Positions 58,714 through 64,000 of a stretch of DNA of 64,000 nt are shown here, in pieces. The stretch is from NCBI RefSeq assembly GCF_009914755.1, contig NC_060927.1, one strand, 5' to 3'. Origin of the DNA: the human T2T-CHM13v2.0 reference genome, Homo sapiens. Positions within the stretch are counted from its first letter, which is position 1. The number at the start of each line of letters is the position of its first letter. Below the pieces are notes generated by a model. That model was not told the origin of the DNA and searched no databases. It saw nothing but the letters and a program-made list of their open reading frames with translations. A program made the position numbers and the translations under genes.

Positions 58714-58905
58714 CCAGTGTTGTGTCGGAGTTGACTTACACTAGCTAAAGAGAGCTACTGTGTGCATTTGTTCCCAAATCCAGTTCCATGACTTCACATT
58801 AGTGGCTTTAAATTAGCCACAGTGGGACTATTCGTAGAAAAAACCACCAAATGCTGCAAATCAGAGCTACCCCATCTACTGAACCATATACCGGGACACT
58901 TCTGG
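58714..58905. mobile_element. MER63A-like hAT MITE
   Basis: ccagtgttgtg...ttcccaa...aaattagccacagtggga...caaatgctgcaaatcagagct...cacttctgg. Confidence 0.65.
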
Positions 58906-59223
58906 ATAGAGTTTCAAGCATCCTAGCAAGAAAATATGACATTTAACAGCAAAAAATGGCAAAAGAAACTTGGTTTATGAATTATCTATCTTCTACTTTT
59001 GTATTATGGTTTTTATATTTAAAGACTAAATATGTCTGGTGTTAGTTCATTCACATTTAATTGGCAATTGTAAGAGGCCAAAAGCAAGAGAGTACCATCT
59101 AGGAGTTATAAACTCTTTAGGATTAATGTTTGTCAAAGAACTAAAATGATTCATACTATCTACTCAAAAGTAAAAATATATGTATATTTTTCCTTACTGA
59201 CTTTATGTGGGGCTTTGTTTAGC

Positions 59224-59398
59224 TCAGTCCTTTTCAGATGTCATGTCCATACAGATCATCTAGGGATGTTGTTACATACAGATCATCTAGGGATGTTGTT
59301 ACATTCAGATTCTGTTTCTCTAGGTTTGGAATGGGCCTAAGATTCTGCATTTCTAACAAGCTCCCAGGTGATGCTAGGAACCATATTTTGACTAGCAA
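59224..59398. mobile_element. MER5A with internal 27-bp tandem duplication
   Basis: gcctaagattctgcatttctaacaagctcccaggtgatgct; duplicated unit at 59248-59301. Confidence 0.85.
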
Positions 59399-60041
59399 AG
59401 ATTTCGCTATATGTGACAATTAGAGGAAAGCAAATAAACAAAAAGTCAAACAGATGCATTTTTAAAAATCTAGTTTCTAAGAAAGTAATCTCTGGAAAGA
59501 AAATTGTATGTTTTAACTTAGCTTTGAGGATCTTTGAATCTGGGCTATTGCACTTTTTCTTTTCTTTTCTTTCTTTTTTTTTTTTTTTTGGCAGATGTTT
59601 GTTGAGTTCACACAATACAGTAAAAGACTAAATGAGCTGGAAACATTAGCGATCCCAATTATACAACTCACTGACTACCCATAAGCCTGAACAATGAAAA
59701 GCATTTTGCGTGCTTTACTCATTTAACTTCATTTAAACCCTCGTTGGCATCTGAGTTGCATTAATGTGATAACACTTGTGTAGCAATTAATAAACTGTGG
59801 CAATTGTGAACATTTCTGGAATTTGTCATATTGAATGAGAGCAGGCTCTGGGCATCTAATATTTTGCTCATTTTCTGAGGTTAATCTGGCGTTCTAGAAG
59901 ATATATATACATTTTTTCCCATTTTCCTTTGTACAAATATTCAAAGTTATGGCTTCGTCGTTTCACCAGACCTTTAGTTTTGGAAGTCATTTGTAATAGA
60001 TGACTTTCAAGCAGTTTCTTCTTTTTTGCTCTCTTTGTTAG

Positions 60042-60179
60042 GAAACTCATTGAATCTTCAAGAATGTAATCATATTGTACCCACACAAATGCACATCCAA
60101 CACTTTCACAAAGGTTACAGAAGCTGTGTGTTCTCCATTGCCCTGAGCCTTGTAAACTCAAGCACATTAAAAGGAAATG
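60042..60179 (+). other. Candidate internal exon (138 bp), host gene unidentified
   Basis: Acceptor tttcttcttttttgctctctttgttag|G and donor ATG|gtgagc; one open frame, phase 1-1; non-repetitive context. Confidence 0.4.
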
Positions 60180-62350
60180 GTGAGCGCGTTCTGCATAATA
60201 CGGTATCCAGTGCTAACAATACTGGATATTGTATCAACTCCACTGCTTCAGAATTGACTGTGTGACTGATAGAAGGTTTGGGAAAGAGAAAAAGCTTCCT
60301 TTCCAAATTTGAGGATAGACAGTATATTACCCAGAGGAATAGCAGATGATTTTTCAGCACTGAAATGCAGCATTGTTCTCATAACAACCAAACTGGTGTT
60401 TGGAACTTCGATTTAAAATAGCTAACTTACCACCTTCAGGCATTGGAAAATGCTTATTGATTTATTATTTCCTATCCCTGGGATAATAGGAAATGGATTT
60501 CTTTGCTTTTACCCACATATATTGCAGTGTTCTGCACAGATTAAGGCTATCCTGTTACCCAGTATTAAGTATAAAAACATTTAACTTTCTGGCTGAGTGT
60601 GTGTATAGGTCTACATCATGAATGCAAGAATAATTTTCTTTTAAAGTAACTTGACCTCACAGTGCGCATAGGTTGGTTCTGGTAAGTTCTCAAATCAAGT
60701 ATCCTTTTATTATAGGAAATAAGAACCTCTGTCCCAGCTCTGTGATCTGTTTAATTATTCATGGTTGCAAGATTCCTGCTTACCATCTTACCATTTCTCA
60801 TCATAATGTGTTAAAATCACTTTACTGTGTTATTTTTTGAATACTACTCTTGTCAGGAGAAATTCTTGGCCTATTTGTATAATCAGAAAAATTCTGAGCA
60901 AGATACATTTTCTAAAGCAATATAAGGAACCCACAAAAAATATTTCTTAAGAAAACATGAGAAAAAAGAAGGTAGAAAGAGGGAAGAAGAAAGGGAGGAA
61001 GGAAAGAATGAAGAAAATAAAAATTTAAAAAGGAAAATATATTACATACAACATAAAATGAACCTTGAAAGCTATCAGGTGAAGTTTGTTTTCTCAGGAT
61101 CTGTTGCTATATTAAACATTGTCACTTTATTGATACTTTCCTAAGAAGTTCAGCTTTATGATTTAGTGAGTAAGCAATTCCATATATCTGCCACCACTGC
61201 AAGGTGGATATTAAGTATGCCCAAGTATCAAATACTTCTACTTCAGGTTCAGATTGGTTATGAAAAAAAAAGAGAGGAAGATGGTGGTATAAAGTATGAA
61301 GAAAAACAGGAGAATCAATTGATTCTAAAGAAATCTCTAAGGATCATCCAGCTCTAAACCAGATTGCTGTTCATAGAGCTAGGGCATTATTATTCCATGA
61401 AATCACTCCAGTATTTCTTATGGTAAATTCCAGGTCAGCAGCTTCTTTTGTAATACCTTTAAGCACCAAGACTCAACATTTCTACATTAATGGAAAAAAC
61501 AAAATCATTGCTATTAATATAAACATAGATGATAGTGAACGTATTTTGTGTTGGTGTTCAAGAATGTTCCAAAGGGAACTTAAAGTTTGCTAGACAAATC
61601 AGAACAATAGATAGGGATTGACTGTTAAGTACAGCTTGAATATTGACTCTTGGGAAGGTATCTAGGTTGACTTGTGTCTTACTTGCCAAGTGGTTCTTCC
61701 TGTATCCTGAGCTACAGAATGGCCTACCAAGAAGAATTTGTTGATCAATGTAGATGTGCCACTGGTTATGGCACAGTTTATGAACTCAACATGCAGAGGC
61801 CTGATTTTATACCTCAGATGAAAGCCAATACTGAGTCCTTATAGTACATTTTCAATGCTTGTCACTTGACTACCAAGAAAAGTATTTTTTTTAACCTTCT
61901 CTGTAATTTTTACTTTTTCATGACTGAGGAAGTGGTGATGGAATTACATTATCCTTAAGCTTAGCAAGAAGATAAGACTTTTCTTCTCAAACCTTTCCAT
62001 TAAGGCAGATTTCTCTGTTTCCATTATTTTCTGGAGACATTTTTAGACTACATTCTGGTTTCATCTCTCTTACAAGAATGTATTCAAGTCACAATTAGCT
62101 CTTTAAAATTTAGAGTTTCTCTTATGATTTCTTTCTGCCTTAGTGGTTAAAAAAAAGTTGATTTTTTACCCCTCATTACCCACATCTTCAAAAGAATGCA
62201 AACTAGGGCAAATTCCCTTTGTTTCCTTAGTGAAAAAAAAGTATCAATCTTGAGTTCTCAGTTCTGATTCAGAAAGAATGTTATATTCACTTGAGTCCTT
62301 GGCTCTGACCAAAGGAACAGATCATTGCTAGTCCTCAAAACTATTCAGGC

Positions 62351-62662
<312 letters not shown>

Positions 62663-62699
62663 AAAACTATTCAGGCTCCTTACGATAGCCAAAGGCACA

Positions 62700-62945
62700 T
62701 ATTTTGGAAATGTTTTAGATTTATAGAAACACTGTAAAAATAGTACAGAGTTCCCATATGCCCCACAAGTAAAGTTCATCCACCTTAAACTCATCTTGTC
62801 TATGACAATTTCTCAGACTTTCCTTGGTTTTGATCTCCTTGACAGCTTTGAGGAGAATGGGCCAGATATTTCCAGGTATTTTGTAGAATCTCCATTAACT
62901 GGGTTTTTACTATTTTTCTCATGGTTAGATGGAGATTATGGCTTT
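62700..62945 (-). mobile_element. L1MC4-like 3' fragment
   Basis: aatagtacagagttcccatat...tttctcagactttccttggttttgat...caggtattttgtagaat. Confidence 0.7.
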
Positions 62946-63110
62946 TATCAACGTCGATATTCTGATTATTATATTGTACTATAGTTTTGCAAGACGTTAT
63001 AATTGGAGAAGACTGTAAAGAACACAGAGTTTTCTCTGTATTATTTGTTACTATTATTAAGTGAATTCAAACTTACCTCAAAATTAAAAGTTAAGTTTTA
63101 AATATAAAAA
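62946..63110 (+). mobile_element. L1MC/MD-type 3' end fragment
   Basis: atattgtactatagttttgcaagacgttataattggaga...ctctgtattattt...tcaaaattaaaagtt. Confidence 0.65.
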
Positions 63111-64000
63111 AGTGGCCCTAAGTATTGAGGAGACTTTATGCAGAATCAAATTCTTAAAATAATGTTATTATAATAATGCTATAAGTTGACAGTTTTCTAG
63201 TTTCTTATTTAGAAAAAGTAAGTTGTGATGCACTATACACATTAAAGATGCCATTTATTATGTCTAGATTAAACAATTTCATGCAATGTTGTAGATAAAG
63301 ATGTAAGTAGTGAAAGAATAGGAATATGTATGAGAATAATACACACCAGCTTTGGGATAAAGCCTAGGTTTAAGGAAAGAGGGAGAAAATAGAAATAGAT
63401 GGGTATGATGAAGCCTTAGTTGTATCTATTTTTTGTGTTTTCCAAAAATGGTGCTAAAATAAAAATAGTAAAATGTTATATGTTACTTTCATCCATGTAT
63501 ATAGTATATTGTTTTTTCTTCAGTTGGAACTATTTCAAAATTAACAATGCTTTCAATAGACACAAATGAATACATTTGATAAATTATACTGTTACTGTAA
63601 CCTAGCTTAGCTAGTCTACATAATTGAACCATTTTGGTTCTGTAAAAGTTACTTTAACTTAAAAACAAATTTTATTTCATTTTTACCATATGAAAATGAA
63701 ATAATTAGAATGAAAAAGTATTTTAACTAGAGCTATATGAAGCACCGTGGATGTGTAACATTTTTCATATTATAATGGGATTAGATTAGTTAGAAAATTT
63801 GAAGAAATATGAAAGTAAAAATTGATTAGATTGCATAGTTTTTATTCGTCACCAAATGAGATTTCATTATTGCATTGTCTGTACAATTTATCCTTGCAAC
63901 TTAACTCACCTGGAGTTCAAAATGTACAGAGCAGTAGTTTTAGCCCGGAACATTCTTTTTCTTTTCTTTTTTTTCTTTTCTAAATCACTTCGCCCCAAGG

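Overview
AT-rich, CpG-depleted human genomic DNA; a near-consensus AluYb8 at 62351 makes it human rather than another primate. I found no recognisable protein-coding gene, RNA gene or CpG island. More than half of the window is transposon-derived. It holds three separate 5'-inverted (twin-primed) L1PA insertions with TSDs, two more truncated L1PA15/16-type copies, a near-full-length old L1MA, many L1M fragments, about 13 Alu/FLAM copies, MaLR/ERV LTRs (MLT1, MSTB, THE1, MER52, LTR16), Tigger1, hAT MITEs and MIRs. All long ORFs in the track are L1 ORF2, Tigger transposase, LTR or microsatellite read-through. Old L1s and MaLR LTRs lie almost all on the minus strand, which hints at an intron of a long-lived plus-strand transcription unit. 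A few splice-site-bounded candidate exons lie in the repeat-free islands. The most unusual structures are a MIR-derived fold-back hairpin (1145-1321), an internally shuffled Tigger1, a MER52 piece inserted without LTR termini, and a 138-bp frame-preserving candidate exon (60042-60179). I do not see convincing evidence of a new biological system. Repeat subfamily names come from my recall of consensus sequences, and the boundaries of old elements are approximate.
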